From: Candidatus Hermodarchaeota archaeon
GTDB taxonomy: Archaea > Asgardarchaeota > Thorarchaeia > Thorarchaeales > Thorarchaeaceae
Length of the DNA: 64,000 bases
Assembly (NCBI GenBank): GCA_048885865.1
Contig: JBHLLF010000011.1
Location: 18,920 to 82,919, forward strand
Reading direction: 5' to 3'
Positions 28,228 through 39,353 of this stretch are shown here, piece by piece. Made by a program: the position numbers and the translations under genes. Under the pieces are notes generated by a model that ran no database searches, was not told the DNA's origin, and worked only from the letters and a program-made list of their open reading frames with translations. Numbering within the stretch: position 1 is the stretch's first letter; each line of letters starts with the position of its first letter.

Positions 28228-31083
28228 ATGGCTCAGAAAGCTGAAACTAAAGCAAGGGCGTCAAGAATGTCAATGCGCATTGAAGGAATGCATTGTGCTT
28301 CGTGTGTAGCCAAAATCGAGGACGCCTTGACAAATCAAGACGGAGTAATAAAAGCCAGCGTTAGCTTGCTTGACGAAAAGGCTGTTGTTGAATACGAATC
28401 TACTGTAGTGGATAGAAGTGTTTTGGAGAAGGCTGTAGAGTCAACTGGTTATCGAGCACGACGGCCAACAATGTCCATCACTCTTAGCGAAACCTCTTCT
28501 TCTCTAGATTGGAATTTGATCATGGAAACCTTGGAGCAACTGGAGGGGGTTATTTCTGCTCGTCAATTCATGGACACTAGGCGCATTTTGATTGAATATG
28601 ATGATGAGCAATTGACATACAAGATTGTAAGAAAAACACTGAAGGGCATTGGAGTTGAAATCGAAGAGGCTGCAGGAATTGAAGCAGATCGAGAATCCCT
28701 AGCTAGAGAGAAAGAAATCCAGTATTACTCCCGTCTACTTGCATTCTCAGTTTTGTTGACAATCCCCGTGGTACTTATCCACTTTGGCACTCTAACGTCG
28801 TGGTTTCCATCTGAAGAGCTGAGGAGGCTTCTCATGTTCCTTCTTGCCACGCCTGTTCAATTCATTGCAGGCTACCCCTTCTACAAGTCAGCTCTCAAGG
28901 CGGCACGCCATTTTACCACGAATATGGATACTCTCATAATGCTGGGCACAAGCGCCGCTTACTTTTACTCGGTGGCCACTACCTTCCTACCACAATGGAA
29001 TGTCTACATGCCATTCTATGATTCAGCAGTTCTTCTTCTGAGCTTCATCCTACTTGGTCGAACACTCGAAGCAATTGCAAAAGGACGTACGTCAAAAGCA
29101 ATGCGAAGTTTGATGGATCTGCAGGCCAAGGTCGCCACAATTATACGAGATGGCGAGGAAATGCTACTTCCTATTGAGGATGTTGAAGTCGGAGATATTG
29201 TCCTCATAAAGCCCGGGGATAAAGTCCCAGTAGATGGCGAAGTCATCGATGGTCAGTCGAGTGTTGACGAGTCAATGATAACAGGGGAGCCAGAGCCAGT
29301 CAAGAAGAAAGCAGGCGATCCTGTGGTTGGAGCAACTATCAATAAGAATGGTGTTCTTCGAGTCAAAGCAACAAAAGTTGGAATGGACACGGTCTTATCT
29401 CAAATTGTCAAACTTGTAGAAGACGCCCAAACAAATAAGCCGCCCATACAGCGTAAAGCCGACGCAATAGCGAGCAAATTCACGCCTGTTGTCATCGTAT
29501 TAGCACTTTCAACTTTCATATTCTGGCTGTATATTTCCCCAATCCTGAATATTACTGACCCATTCTCGGGCGAGCCTGTTGAATGGACACAAGCCCTGAC
29601 TTTCAGTATTGCCGTACTTGTAGCAGCCTGCCCGTGTGCTTTGGGACTTGCTACTCCAACAGCAATCATGGTCGGCATAGGAAAAGGAGCGCAGCATGGT
29701 ATTCTGATAAAAGCTGGAGAAGGCCTTGAAGTCATTCCAACTGTTGACGCAATAGTATTCGACAAAACGGGTACTCTCACGATCGGAAGGCCCACGGTAA
29801 CAGATTTGTACACATACGGAGATTACAGTGACGCAGAAGCTCTACGAATCATCTCATCAGTGGAAAAGAACAGCGAACATCCTCTAGCTGAAGCAGTAGT
29901 AAAATACACCGAAGAGCTTGGAATCAACATCCCACATGCGTCTGATTTCGCCTCAACGACTGGAAGAGGAGTCCAGGCATTGGTAGAAGGACAGTTGGTT
30001 CTTGTCGGCAATGATAAGTTCATGAGAGAGAATTCCGTGGAGATTGCAGATGCTGAAGCCCAAGGACAAATGCTACAGGAGAAAGGAAAGACTACTATCT
30101 TTGCCGCAATTGAAGGCGAGATGCTTGCACTCATAGCCATAGCTGACAAGCTCAAAGACACTTCCATCCAAGCAGTTGAGAGCTTGAAGAGAATGGGCAT
30201 AGAAGTGTGGATGATTACAGGCGATAAAGAAGCAACTGCACTAGCAATAGCAGAAACCGTTGGAATTGACAAAGTGCTTGCAGAGGTTTTGCCAGCTGAT
30301 AAAGCTGAGAAAGTCAAGGAACTGCAGCGCAGTGGATTGACTGTGGCAATGGCAGGTGATGGTGTCAATGATGCAGTTGCACTTGCCCAAGCCGATGTCG
30401 GCATCGCTTTGGGGTCTGGAACTGACGTATCAGTTGAAACTGGTGATATCGTTCTTGTTAAGGATAATTTACTCGACGTGGTCACTGGAATCCAGCTGGG
30501 CGGAAAAACAATGTCCAAGATAAGGCAGGGATTCTTCTGGGCATTAATCTATAATATAGCCCTACTTCCACTTGCTGCCGGACTGTTGTATCCATCAGCA
30601 AACCTAGTGTTGCGTCCAGAGATTGCAGGTCTTGCAATGGCATTATCAAGTGTCAGTGTGGTCACCAATGCATTGACTCTGAACCGTTTCAAGCCTGAGC
30701 GCGCAGCGCATCCTATTGGAAGTGCACCTCCCGCCGCCTATCAGGAAGGCGATGTTGCTGTCGACCCGATCTGCAAGATGAAGGTGGAGATAGCTACAGC
30801 AGACCTATTCAGCGACTATAAAGGCAAGAGGTATTACTTCTGCAACCAATACTGCAAGGATACATTTGAAGGGAACCCTGCGGAGTATGAGGAGCTGACG
30901 GCTATGGAAGAAGAGATTCCAAAGGTCGCAGTTGACCCTATCTGCAAAATGGATGTGGATGTGGCCACAGCTGAGCTATTCAGCGACTTTGATGGGAAGC
31001 GATATTATTTCTGCTCGCCTAATTGCAAGCAGACATTTGATGCAGATCCGAAGGAGTATCAAGATCAAGATGCTAGGATATAG
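28228..31083 (+). CDS. copA: Cu(I)-exporting P1B-1 ATPase with an N-terminal HMA domain and two C-terminal YHS domains
   Basis: GMHCASC, TGEP, CPC, DKTGT, SEHP, GDGVND, YN, MALSS; two DPICKM..YYFC..C repeats. Confidence 0.95.
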   Translation: MAQKAETKARASRMSMRIEGMHCASCVAKIEDALTNQDGVIKASVSLLDEKAVVEYESTVVDRSVLEKAVESTGYRARRPTMSITLSETSSSLDWNLIMETLEQLEGVISARQFMDTRRILIEYDDEQLTYKIVRKTLKGIGVEIEEAAGIEADRESLAREKEIQYYSRLLAFSVLLTIPVVLIHFGTLTSWFPSEELRRLLMFLLATPVQFIAGYPFYKSALKAARHFTTNMDTLIMLGTSAAYFYSVATTFLPQWNVYMPFYDSAVLLLSFILLGRTLEAIAKGRTSKAMRSLMDLQAKVATIIRDGEEMLLPIEDVEVGDIVLIKPGDKVPVDGEVIDGQSSVDESMITGEPEPVKKKAGDPVVGATINKNGVLRVKATKVGMDTVLSQIVKLVEDAQTNKPPIQRKADAIASKFTPVVIVLALSTFIFWLYISPILNITDPFSGEPVEWTQALTFSIAVLVAACPCALGLATPTAIMVGIGKGAQHGILIKAGEGLEVIPTVDAIVFDKTGTLTIGRPTVTDLYTYGDYSDAEALRIISSVEKNSEHPLAEAVVKYTEELGINIPHASDFASTTGRGVQALVEGQLVLVGNDKFMRENSVEIADAEAQGQMLQEKGKTTIFAAIEGEMLALIAIADKLKDTSIQAVESLKRMGIEVWMITGDKEATALAIAETVGIDKVLAEVLPADKAEKVKELQRSGLTVAMAGDGVNDAVALAQADVGIALGSGTDVSVETGDIVLVKDNLLDVVTGIQLGGKTMSKIRQGFFWALIYNIALLPLAAGLLYPSANLVLRPEIAGLAMALSSVSVVTNALTLNRFKPERAAHPIGSAPPAAYQEGDVAVDPICKMKVEIATADLFSDYKGKRYYFCNQYCKDTFEGNPAEYEELTAMEEEIPKVAVDPICKMDVDVATAELFSDFDGKRYYFCSPNCKQTFDADPKEYQDQDARI

Positions 31084-31094
31084 ACGCATGAGAA

Positions 31095-31514
31095 TTAGTC
31101 AGAATCAAGCTTGAATTCTTTGGAGCAATTCTGGCATATCACTCTTCGTCCTTCAGAAATCTTCGATGGATAGTAGTAATAGCTGGCACCGCAAAAGTAA
31201 CAGGTGCCCCAGTTCTCTTGATGCTTGGCCATTTCAATCTCCCGTTCTACAGGTTCTACATCCCACCGTGGTCCGAAGAACCTGAAGTTGCATTCGCCAT
31301 CTGAGGGGCCTTTCTCAATTGTTATGACAACAGGTATGTATGTTTGATACTCTTGTTTATACCCAACATAGTATTCAATCTTGAAACCATCGTTTTCCCA
31401 AACACGAGAATAGACAGTTTGATATCGTGCGGTCAATCTCCCCATGAGTGCCTCAACGCTTTCTCCGGTGAGTTTCTTTGATAGCTCTACATTGTCATTA
31501 ATCTTAATTGCCAC
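31095..31514 (-). CDS. Hypothetical protein with a C-terminal zinc ribbon
   Basis: CYFC...CQNC; GTG start at 31514. Confidence 0.6.
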   Translation of the reverse strand: MAIKINDNVELSKKLTGESVEALMGRLTARYQTVYSRVWENDGFKIEYYVGYKQEYQTYIPVVITIEKGPSDGECNFRFFGPRWDVEPVEREIEMAKHQENWGTCYFCGASYYYYPSKISEGRRVICQNCSKEFKLDSD

Positions 31515-31617
31515 ATTGCTCCCTCGTTGCCGTTCGGATAGATTATGATATTGAAGAGATTTAAGGTGCCGCTCCCACAAGATTCGTGCTTCATGAATTG
31601 AAGGAGGAGAATTGTGA

Positions 31618-32976
31618 ATGCTTCCTTTCTATAAGAAAGTCTCATACGGAATGGGACGCTTTGGGTCGTCGTTTCTATTGACTCTAACTGGCCTCACTGC
31701 GTTCTGGATATATGGGACTGTTTTTGAGTTAAACTGGTTTCTTGATGGAATAGCACTTGCCGCATCCTATGTTGTCATTGGTCTAACGCATTGGTACATA
31801 GGCTTCTTGAGTGATAGGACTGAGACCAGATGGGGGCGAAGAAAGCCCTACGTTATCTTTGGAGCACCAGGACTGGCAATAACCGGATTCCTGCTCTTTG
31901 TGCCCAACTGGTTTCTTGACACTGCGGACATAGCTTTAGAGTATGTCATTTTTGGGTATTACTTGTTCTTCATTTGTGCTTTCAAGTTCTTTTACGCATT
32001 CCTTCTCACGGCGTTTCAGGCTTGGTTGCCCGAGATAACTGATGAGGATGAACGTCCTTTGGTTTCAGGCATGCAGAACACGGCAAACTGGATTGCTAAT
32101 GGACTTGGAGTGGTCATTGGATTCGTTACCCCGTTGTTCTTTGTGGCTGCACCTCCAGGCTTGAGTTCGATCGGATTCATGATAGTCCTGGCTTTCGCAA
32201 TCATCACTGTTTTGTTCTACCTGCCATCGATAGCTTTCATCAGGGAAAAACCCGGTCTAGTGCCTACAAGGAGGAGCATGAGGGAGGAAACAAAGACAGT
32301 ACTGGAGAACCCTGTATACGTGAGGTGGGTATTCATCTCAGGATTTCTGGCGTTCAGCTTTTCGGCGATAACAACTCAAATTGTGGGCTATTCTCAGACT
32401 GTGCTACTTCTGACCTCGATGGATCTTTTGCTACCTCCCGCAATTGCCCTTCTTATCTCAATCATCATCTTTCTTTACTTGTGGGTCAAAATGATTCATA
32501 GGGTTGGCAAGGGCCGCCTGTTGTTCTACTCCATGGTCATCCTTGCCTTTCTGATGGCGATGACGCCAGTTCTTGGTTGGCTTACAGGCGTAATCTCAAA
32601 TGTCATTGTAGCCTTCTTTTACTTCATTCCTTTGGCGGCTTGTATGGCCGTGTGGTATCTAATGAGCTACATTGTTCCGGCTGACATCGCACATGTTGAC
32701 GAACTAGGAACTGGAAAGGGTCGTGCGGGTATGTATGAGGGCTTTAAGGGCGTACCACTAAATATATTCCAAGCCATGACTGCTGTGTCTCTTGGCAGTC
32801 TCATGAGCTTCTCTGTAGCCAGTACAGGCAGCGAGCTTTTTGGTTACCTGTGGTGGGGACCAATCTTCGCGCCATTCCTACTGATTTCAGCCTGGATTCT
32901 GCGATCGACTAACATTGACCCCGATTTCGAGGCATTGAAGGCTCAGGCACAGGTAGGAGAGGTACACGAACAATAA
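31618..32976 (+). CDS. MFS transporter, GPH/MelB-like
   Basis: GFLSDRTETRWGRRKPY; about 12 TM; R.GMY.G. Confidence 0.9.
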   Translation: MLPFYKKVSYGMGRFGSSFLLTLTGLTAFWIYGTVFELNWFLDGIALAASYVVIGLTHWYIGFLSDRTETRWGRRKPYVIFGAPGLAITGFLLFVPNWFLDTADIALEYVIFGYYLFFICAFKFFYAFLLTAFQAWLPEITDEDERPLVSGMQNTANWIANGLGVVIGFVTPLFFVAAPPGLSSIGFMIVLAFAIITVLFYLPSIAFIREKPGLVPTRRSMREETKTVLENPVYVRWVFISGFLAFSFSAITTQIVGYSQTVLLLTSMDLLLPPAIALLISIIIFLYLWVKMIHRVGKGRLLFYSMVILAFLMAMTPVLGWLTGVISNVIVAFFYFIPLAACMAVWYLMSYIVPADIAHVDELGTGKGRAGMYEGFKGVPLNIFQAMTAVSLGSLMSFSVASTGSELFGYLWWGPIFAPFLLISAWILRSTNIDPDFEALKAQAQVGEVHEQ

Positions 32977-32990
32977 TCGGATGGATACTT

Positions 32991-33030
32991 TGGAAGTGCC
33001 CAGATGGGCTCTTCCACCATCCCATTTTTC
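32991..33030 (+). terminator. Hairpin with a nearby T-run between convergent genes
   Basis: TGGAAG-T-GCCC / GGGC-T-CTTCCA, then TTTTT. Confidence 0.45.
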
Positions 33031-33044
33031 AATTGAAAAACAGA

Positions 33045-33950
33045 CTAGAGGAAGAAATTACCTTCTGCGACAAGCTTGACCTTACCTGAAACTTCCATCC
33101 CTTCGAAATCTGCGCCCCCGACAACCTGCGAGATTAAATTGCTTGGCCGCTGTATTTCAAATCCCTGTTCAATGACCACGGGCTCGGCAATATCGCTCCC
33201 ACTCTGAACATCATATTTGCGCACATAGGCACCTAGCGGCCCTGCAGCACTTCCCGTCGCAGGATCCTCCAAGACTCCAACTCCAGGTGCAAACATCCGT
33301 GCATGGACAGAAGAGCCCTCATGGACTGTTTCAGTTGAGAAGATGACAATCTCCTGACTCAATTGGCCAGCTAGTGTATTCAGGATCTCATTTGGACTTG
33401 GTTCTGCTAATTGTACTGCTTTCAGGCTTTTCAATTGTACAATCAAAAAGGGGAATCCAGTTGAGACCCATTGAAGCGGGCTAGTCTTCGAGATGTCATC
33501 AGGACTGACCTGAACTGCTTTGGCGATAGCTTCAATGTCGTTGAATTCAGCAAGAAACTCTGGTTTGCTCTGTCGCATTAGAACTGTATCACCTGAGAGA
33601 AACTCAACAGGAGTAGGCCCAATACCAAGCTCCAAAGTGGCCGCCTTAATCTCCTCTGATATCAAGCCCTTATGCTTCATAGCAAAAGCAGTGCCAAGAG
33701 TCGGGTGTCCTGCAAAAGGAATCTCAGCTCCAGGAGTAAAGATTCGTACCTTTGCGGCGCATTGAGGCTTTTCAGAAGAGAGTATGAATGTTGTCTCAGA
33801 GAAGTTGAATTCCAAAGCCATACCCTGCATTTCTTCAGTCGTTAGATCTAGATTTCGCCTTGAGTTCCAAAACGTAGCAAGTTGATTTCCGCCAAAACCA
33901 TACCTATCATCAGTGAATACACTAGTCTGTACATAAGGAAATGAACGCAA
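33045..33950 (-). CDS. PhzF-family isomerase/epimerase
   Basis: [33 protein letters not shown]. Confidence 0.93.
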   Translation of the reverse strand: MRSFPYVQTSVFTDDRYGFGGNQLATFWNSRRNLDLTTEEMQGMALEFNFSETTFILSSEKPQCAAKVRIFTPGAEIPFAGHPTLGTAFAMKHKGLISEEIKAATLELGIGPTPVEFLSGDTVLMRQSKPEFLAEFNDIEAIAKAVQVSPDDISKTSPLQWVSTGFPFLIVQLKSLKAVQLAEPSPNEILNTLAGQLSQEIVIFSTETVHEGSSVHARMFAPGVGVLEDPATGSAAGPLGAYVRKYDVQSGSDIAEPVVIEQGFEIQRPSNLISQVVGGADFEGMEVSGKVKLVAEGNFFL

Positions 33951-34020
33951 TGCTCTCTCACCTAGGAGTACATACCTCATATTCCTGCTTTAAGCAGCTC
34001 CTCTGAAGCAAGTTCGTAAA

Positions 34021-34500
34021 TCAGCACTTGACCTTATCGAGCTCGCCCTGACAAATCTCACGGTCTTGCTTATCCTCAAGTATGTCAATGAGCTCCTGGG
34101 ACATCTTGGTGTATTTCTTACATTCGTCCTTGTTGCCTGCTGCAGCATGGGCTTTGGCGATTGCCTCATAGACAAAAGGCATGTCAAAACTGGCCCAATT
34201 CTCACTATCCTCCTTCTCAGCCTTCTTTGCAAGATCATACATGATGTTTGCATATCTAACAGCCTGGTCCCCATTCTTCATGTGAGAGAAGACTCGAGAG
34301 ATCATGTACACAGCTCGAACATCGTTTGTCAGTGTGCCCACTTGCTTCCAATGATAGCGAGATGTGTAAGCCATTTCAAGGGCATCTTCAAGCTCAGCAT
34401 CTGTTGGATTGGCATTGTCCAGAACGCCCCAGACGCCACCATTGGTCTTTGCACCTAGTTTCTTGTGAAACTCGTTGAGAGTAAGTGTCTCATCAGTCAA
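34021..34500 (-). CDS. Conserved hypothetical all-helical (TPR-like) protein
   Basis: SRYHW..VG, W...F.YEA.AKAHA; TTG start after a GAGGG RBS. Confidence 0.65.
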   Translation of the reverse strand: MTDETLTLNEFHKKLGAKTNGGVWGVLDNANPTDAELEDALEMAYTSRYHWKQVGTLTNDVRAVYMISRVFSHMKNGDQAVRYANIMYDLAKKAEKEDSENWASFDMPFVYEAIAKAHAAAGNKDECKKYTKMSQELIDILEDKQDREICQGELDKVKC

Positions 34501-34687
34501 AGTTGAACCCTCAAAACAAGACTTAGATAACAATTGTTAATAAGTGTCTCTATTTTAGCTGCTAGATGAGGAGATGCACTTTCGTCTCAATCGGTCCCAA
34601 CAACAAGAATCCTAGCCAATTCAATGCAATAATCGTAATATATATAGGATTTATTTGTATTATTAAACCCTAGGAGCAATTCATCAT

Positions 34688-35164
34688 ATGCTTGACCTAA
34701 ATTCCCCTACCAATCGTGATCTTGTACATTTCTTCGAAAAACATTCGGAATGGTTGGGATTAGGGCGATATGCTGGTTTAGCTTTAGCCGCTATAGCAAT
34801 CAATGAGTTCGAGAATGATGACATGCTTGGCGCTGATGAAATCGCCGAATATACAGGATATTCGCGTAGCAACGTGGGCTTAATTCTATCTCAGCTTGAG
34901 AGTCTTGGTGTGATAACATGGCAGTCTGATCCATCTCAGAGAGGGAGAGGGCGAAAGCGGCATCTATATCGCCTTTCCAAAGGTGCCAATTCGATAATGC
35001 GAATTGGGCTAAAGAAAGTCGTTGATAGGTTGAAGGATGAAGTCAAAGTGCTGCAAATATTGATGGAAACCTATGGAAATGACATGCCTCATATCAAGCA
35101 TATGTTGAAAGACATGAAGGAGGACGCGGAAGAGGCACTATCCTGTGTCACAAATTTGTCTTAG
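34688..35164 (+). CDS. GbsR/MarR-like wHTH regulator
   Basis: ADEIAEYTGYSRSNV...L..LGV...GRKRHLY. Confidence 0.75.
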   Translation: MLDLNSPTNRDLVHFFEKHSEWLGLGRYAGLALAAIAINEFENDDMLGADEIAEYTGYSRSNVGLILSQLESLGVITWQSDPSQRGRGRKRHLYRLSKGANSIMRIGLKKVVDRLKDEVKVLQILMETYGNDMPHIKHMLKDMKEDAEEALSCVTNLS

Positions 35165-35928
35165 AACGCGAGCCAACCTCCATCTACTGCTAGTGTGTGC
35201 CCGGTAATATATATCGCATCATCACTAGCAAGGAAACATGCCGCACCTCTTATCCATTCATTCTCAGCGAACATAGGTAAGGCGGTCCGAGGCTTAATCA
35301 TCGTGTTTGCAATTTTCTTATCGCGCAGTGCTTCGATTGACATTGCAGTGGGAAAGAAGCCTGGGGCGATAGCATTGACTCGAATATTATGTTCTCCAAG
35401 CTCAACAGCTAGCGCCTTGGTCATAGCCACCATACCACCCTTCGAGGTGTAGTAGCTGATCTCAGTAAACTTGGTCCCTCCAAATCCGAATGTGGATGAG
35501 ATATTGATGATGGAGCCAAACCTCTTTGGAATCATCACCTTAGCCACTTCTCGCGTCGCCAGGAATGCGGACGTGAGATTCACATCCATCACTTTATTCC
35601 AGTCTTTCAGAGTCTGTTCTATCAGTGGTTTTACAATGTACATCCCAGCATTGTTAACCAAAACATCGACTGTGCCTAGCTTGTCGACTGCTGTCTTGAC
35701 AAGCTTGACTATATCTTCCTCCTTGGTCACATCACACATGACAGGAATTGCTCTTACATTGTATTCCTCGGCAACTTCTTTGGCGATTTTCTCCAACAGC
35801 TCCATTCTGCGAGCTGCAAGAACAACATGCGCCCCGGATTCTGCAAATCCGTGAGCGAATTGCTCTCCCAAGCCAGCGGAAGCTCCCGTTATGATGACCA
35901 CTCTATCAGTGAGGTCGTAGTTCACCAT
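35161..35928 (-). CDS. Short-chain dehydrogenase/reductase
   Basis: TGASAGLG, NNAG, YYTSK, NAIAPG, VDGG. Confidence 0.95.
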   Translation of the reverse strand: MVNYDLTDRVVIITGASAGLGEQFAHGFAESGAHVVLAARRMELLEKIAKEVAEEYNVRAIPVMCDVTKEEDIVKLVKTAVDKLGTVDVLVNNAGMYIVKPLIEQTLKDWNKVMDVNLTSAFLATREVAKVMIPKRFGSIINISSTFGFGGTKFTEISYYTSKGGMVAMTKALAVELGEHNIRVNAIAPGFFPTAMSIEALRDKKIANTMIKPRTALPMFAENEWIRGAACFLASDDAIYITGHTLAVDGGWLAF

Positions 35929-36035
35929 CCTGTTCTCTCTCCAATAGTTATGTTGATAGTGACTTATCGGGGACCTCCATATAAACAGTAAAGATTCCTA
36001 CTGATTCTCGGTGATTGGTGAATATCTATGACACA

Positions 36036-36977
36036 TTATTGTTGAGGCGCATTTTCGCCAGAGTTTTTCCGAATTTGATAGAACCTAATCAGGCCAATTG
36101 GTACCACAATGGCGAGCCAGATAATGATGTCGCCCATAGTAGACATCAACGAGTATTGATTCGCTGGATCCAGCCATAGAGACCCCAGCCTCATCATTTT
36201 GATAAGTGGGAATACCAAAACCAGACCAAAGGCTCTCTTTAGTTGAACCGCGTTCACTCGAGCTGCCAATGGAGGGCCAATCTGTCCACCAACCACCATT
36301 CCTGCACCAAGTGCTAGGGCATACGCCGGATCGATGAATCCTGTAACATAATTCAATGCAGTCCCAGCTGAAGCAGTAAAGACCATTGTGAACATCGATG
36401 TGGAAACAGCGGCCAGCATCGGTAGACCCATGAGAAGACTCAGCACGGGGACTATCACTGCACCTCCACCTATACCAAGTAGACCAGCTGCTACCCCGCC
36501 AATAAAGGCACCAACTAGGGAGAACGCCAATCGCTGATGTGACAACGCCGAGAAATCATAGTTCTCGATCTCTGATCTGTTATCATCGTTCTTTCTTCTT
36601 TTTGCAAAGAGCATCTTGATTGCAACTGGGAAGAGAGAGATGCCGAATATCAGACGAAGTGCATAGTCCTCCGCAATCAGAGTCCGTAGGAAAACACCGG
36701 TCAAAGATCCCGGGATTGTGGTGATAGCTAGAAATAACCCGGCTTTGGGAATGATTGGACGAGGATTCTGTTTCCAGTATTTTGGTGTGCTGGCTGCAGC
36801 AACGAACAATGCAGCAACCAGAGCCGTAGCTGAGGCGTGCTGTGCATCAAAGAAGAAGACAATAATCAATAACGGAGTGTTGAAGATGCCACCGCCAATT
36901 CCCACCATAGAGGCAATTGTTCCCACTGCCACAGCATAAATAGCTAATAGCAGAACATCGACAATCATCGCTTGCAT
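36036..36977 (-). CDS. TauE/SafE (TSUP) family membrane transporter
   Basis: Two GIGGG..P repeats; polytopic. Confidence 0.9.
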   Translation of the reverse strand: MQAMIVDVLLLAIYAVAVGTIASMVGIGGGIFNTPLLIIVFFFDAQHASATALVAALFVAAASTPKYWKQNPRPIIPKAGLFLAITTIPGSLTGVFLRTLIAEDYALRLIFGISLFPVAIKMLFAKRRKNDDNRSEIENYDFSALSHQRLAFSLVGAFIGGVAAGLLGIGGGAVIVPVLSLLMGLPMLAAVSTSMFTMVFTASAGTALNYVTGFIDPAYALALGAGMVVGGQIGPPLAARVNAVQLKRAFGLVLVFPLIKMMRLGSLWLDPANQYSLMSTMGDIIIWLAIVVPIGLIRFYQIRKNSGENAPQQ

Positions 36978-37050
36978 CTATGAGCTCCGTCCTAAAAGCC
37001 GGGGCGAATTTTCCTATACTTAAGGAATCCTATCAGGTCGCTCAATCAGA

Positions 37051-37488
37051 CTACATCGGGGTTGGTCGCCGACTAACCTGGTAGCCGCCAATAATCATCA
37101 GAATAATCCCAATACCAATCGCCGCTATTGCCTGATTTAGCAGTGTAAATGATTGACTTTCAGCTGCGAAGTACGAAACCCCCATTCCGATGAATATAAC
37201 AACGAGTCCAATAAAGGCGATGATCCTACCCGGCCGGGAGTCATATCTCAAAAAGGCAGGGCCCTCATCGGATATCTCAATCTTTGGAGCCTTGGAGACC
37301 TCCACATCTTTTCTAAAGAAGCGTAGGCCATCTGGAGTGACTTTACCTTCCATAATGCCTTCAGTTATCATCTCATTAAGCATGGATACAACTTCATCCA
37401 TCTCAACACCCAACCTGTCACTCATTAGCTGAATGGAACTGATATTATTCTCAACCATCTCCCTTAGGTGACTCCTTGGGTCGGACAT
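37051..37488 (-). CDS. PCI-like winged-helix protein with two C-terminal TM helices
   Basis: SIQLMSDRLGVEMDEVVSMLNEMITEGIMEGKV followed by two hydrophobic helices. Confidence 0.6.
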   Translation of the reverse strand: MSDPRSHLREMVENNISSIQLMSDRLGVEMDEVVSMLNEMITEGIMEGKVTPDGLRFFRKDVEVSKAPKIEISDEGPAFLRYDSRPGRIIAFIGLVVIFIGMGVSYFAAESQSFTLLNQAIAAIGIGIILMIIGGYQVSRRPTPM

Positions 37489-37505
37489 TCTAGTTTCATC
37501 TGGGG

Positions 37506-37766
37506 TTAATAATAGACTCCACCTAAACCTAACGGTTCAAGAAGCAGCTGGTTTAGAAGCGAATGTATAATGGAGGCATTGATCGGAGTGCCAGTGCTCA
37601 GCCGAGCCGCCGCCGGAGTCAGGGGCCAGTTGTTGGATGCCCACAATGGTTCTATAGAACTTCCAACTCTGCTGGAAGGGAAAGGAGCTAGAATTCTGGC
37701 AACAGTCCCATTCCAGACTTGAAGCGCCAGTTGCATTGCGCTGATGGAAAGGGAATAGTCACTAAT
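37506..37766 (-). CDS. Possible small hypothetical protein (start ATT 37766 or ATG 37736); alternatively a structured RNA leader
   Basis: Open frame after a BRE/TATA at about 37810-37792; ends 17 nt before the next gene. Confidence 0.3.
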   Translation of the reverse strand: MSDYSLSISAMQLALQVWNGTVARILAPFPSSRVGSSIEPLWASNNWPLTPAAARLSTGTPINASIIHSLLNQLLLEPLGLGGVYY

Positions 37767-37835
37767 TGCGACCCTAACAGGTGGCTCTCCGTTATATAGG
37801 AACTTTCTCACCTCAGTCTAGGCAAGAGAGGAGCA

Positions 37836-39335
37836 TTGACAGCAATGAGCAGAACCTCGACGTTCATGGGATTCACTGAGGCTGATGCGAAGGCGATTCA
37901 CCTTGGCAAGGTATTGATGATTCTCCTTCCAACCGCCAGCATCATCTTCACGCTCAGCTCTACCTTCTATACGATTTTCATAGCAGAGGCACTTGGTGGA
38001 GGCGACTTCATTCAGGGCCTTAGTCTATTGGGAATTCTAATAGCTATTCAGATGGTTGTGCAGACTGTTTTGGATTATCCGAGTGGAGCACTTGGAGATT
38101 GGATAGGCCAAAGATATGTCATTGCATTGGGTAACTCACTTTACGGTGTCACTTTCTTTATGGTATCCCTTGTCACCTCAGAGACTCCCTTTGCTTATCT
38201 AGCCGCCATATATGCCATGCAAGGAGTAGCGCAGTCCCAGATATCTGGAGCTTGGGATGCATGGTTTGACAATAACTACAAGGTTGCAATGCCTCAAGAT
38301 GAGGACAGGAAACAGTACGGGGTATTCTGGGGTCGTATGGGAATGATTTCCCAGATTGCAGCAACGGCTGCTCTCATTCCAGGAAGCATTCTTGCGGTTG
38401 TATTCCGGAGGCCGTTTGTCTTCCAGATTGAAGCAGTGGGTGCGTTCATTTTCGCAATGCTGGTCATGAGGTATATACGTGATTTTCCAGAAGTCGAGGC
38501 GATGAGAGAGGAGCGACCCTCAATGGGCGAATATATCACTCTCCTGAAGGAAGGAGTCAGCTACCTTTGGCGAACACCATTTGTAAAATACCTGGTATTT
38601 GGCTCCATGCTAGCTGCGAGCGCAATCTCTGTCTGGGGTCAGCTGATTCTATTTCCCCTCTACTTCTCCTATCTCATCACTGATGTCGCGGTCGCATCTT
38701 TCAGAACTCTTGCCTTTCTACCTGGAGTTGTCGCCAACGAGCGATCCGGTATTTGGTCTCAGAAGTTTGAACCCAAGAAATGGATACCCCGATTTCGTCT
38801 GCTGCAAGCATGTGGATTTGCATTCTATATAGTACTGGCGCTTGTGATGACCATCTTCCCTCCCGCAGCTGAAGGGGCAGAGATGGTCACACTGCTCTTG
38901 CCATTCACATCTCTGGTTCTAATCGAGCTGCCCATCATCCATGTGATTCCAGTAGCACTTCTCTTCACACTCTTCACAGTGACAGTGTTCTTCGGAGGAT
39001 TTGCTGAGATTCTGACCCAGAGAGTTCTTTTAGATGCAATACCCAATCGCAATAGGAACTCCATTTACTCACTTCAGCCCACAATCCATCTTTTGCTCGC
39101 GATTCCTCAGATTGTGTTCTTTGGATGGTTCATCCCCACCTTTGGATTTCCTTTGACATTGACTGGTTGCGCCTTTGTTTCATTAGCAGGTGTCTTGGTC
39201 ATTAGATATGCGCTGACGCTGGATGTGCCAAAATGCGATGATTTTGCGGAACAGCAAATGCAGACTCCTGAATTAAGTGAATCGACAGAAAGCAGGCAAA
39301 AGGATACAGAGGCGTTGGCATATCAGTTGGAATGA
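37836..39335 (+). CDS. MFS transporter
   Basis: DYPSGALGDWIGQR motif A; about 12 TM. Confidence 0.88.
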   Translation: MTAMSRTSTFMGFTEADAKAIHLGKVLMILLPTASIIFTLSSTFYTIFIAEALGGGDFIQGLSLLGILIAIQMVVQTVLDYPSGALGDWIGQRYVIALGNSLYGVTFFMVSLVTSETPFAYLAAIYAMQGVAQSQISGAWDAWFDNNYKVAMPQDEDRKQYGVFWGRMGMISQIAATAALIPGSILAVVFRRPFVFQIEAVGAFIFAMLVMRYIRDFPEVEAMREERPSMGEYITLLKEGVSYLWRTPFVKYLVFGSMLAASAISVWGQLILFPLYFSYLITDVAVASFRTLAFLPGVVANERSGIWSQKFEPKKWIPRFRLLQACGFAFYIVLALVMTIFPPAAEGAEMVTLLLPFTSLVLIELPIIHVIPVALLFTLFTVTVFFGGFAEILTQRVLLDAIPNRNRNSIYSLQPTIHLLLAIPQIVFFGWFIPTFGFPLTLTGCAFVSLAGVLVIRYALTLDVPKCDDFAEQQMQTPELSESTESRQKDTEALAYQLE

Positions 39336-39353
39336 TGGTTCAAGCTTTAGAGT

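Noticed and set aside
29016-30518. Long antisense ORFs within copA (and similar shadow ORFs across the window)
   Set aside because: Fully overlap well-supported genes; typical codon-bias artefacts
37560-37790. SRP RNA or RNase P RNA
   Set aside because: No SRP helix-8 motif and no GAGGAAAGTCC-type RNase P signature on either strand
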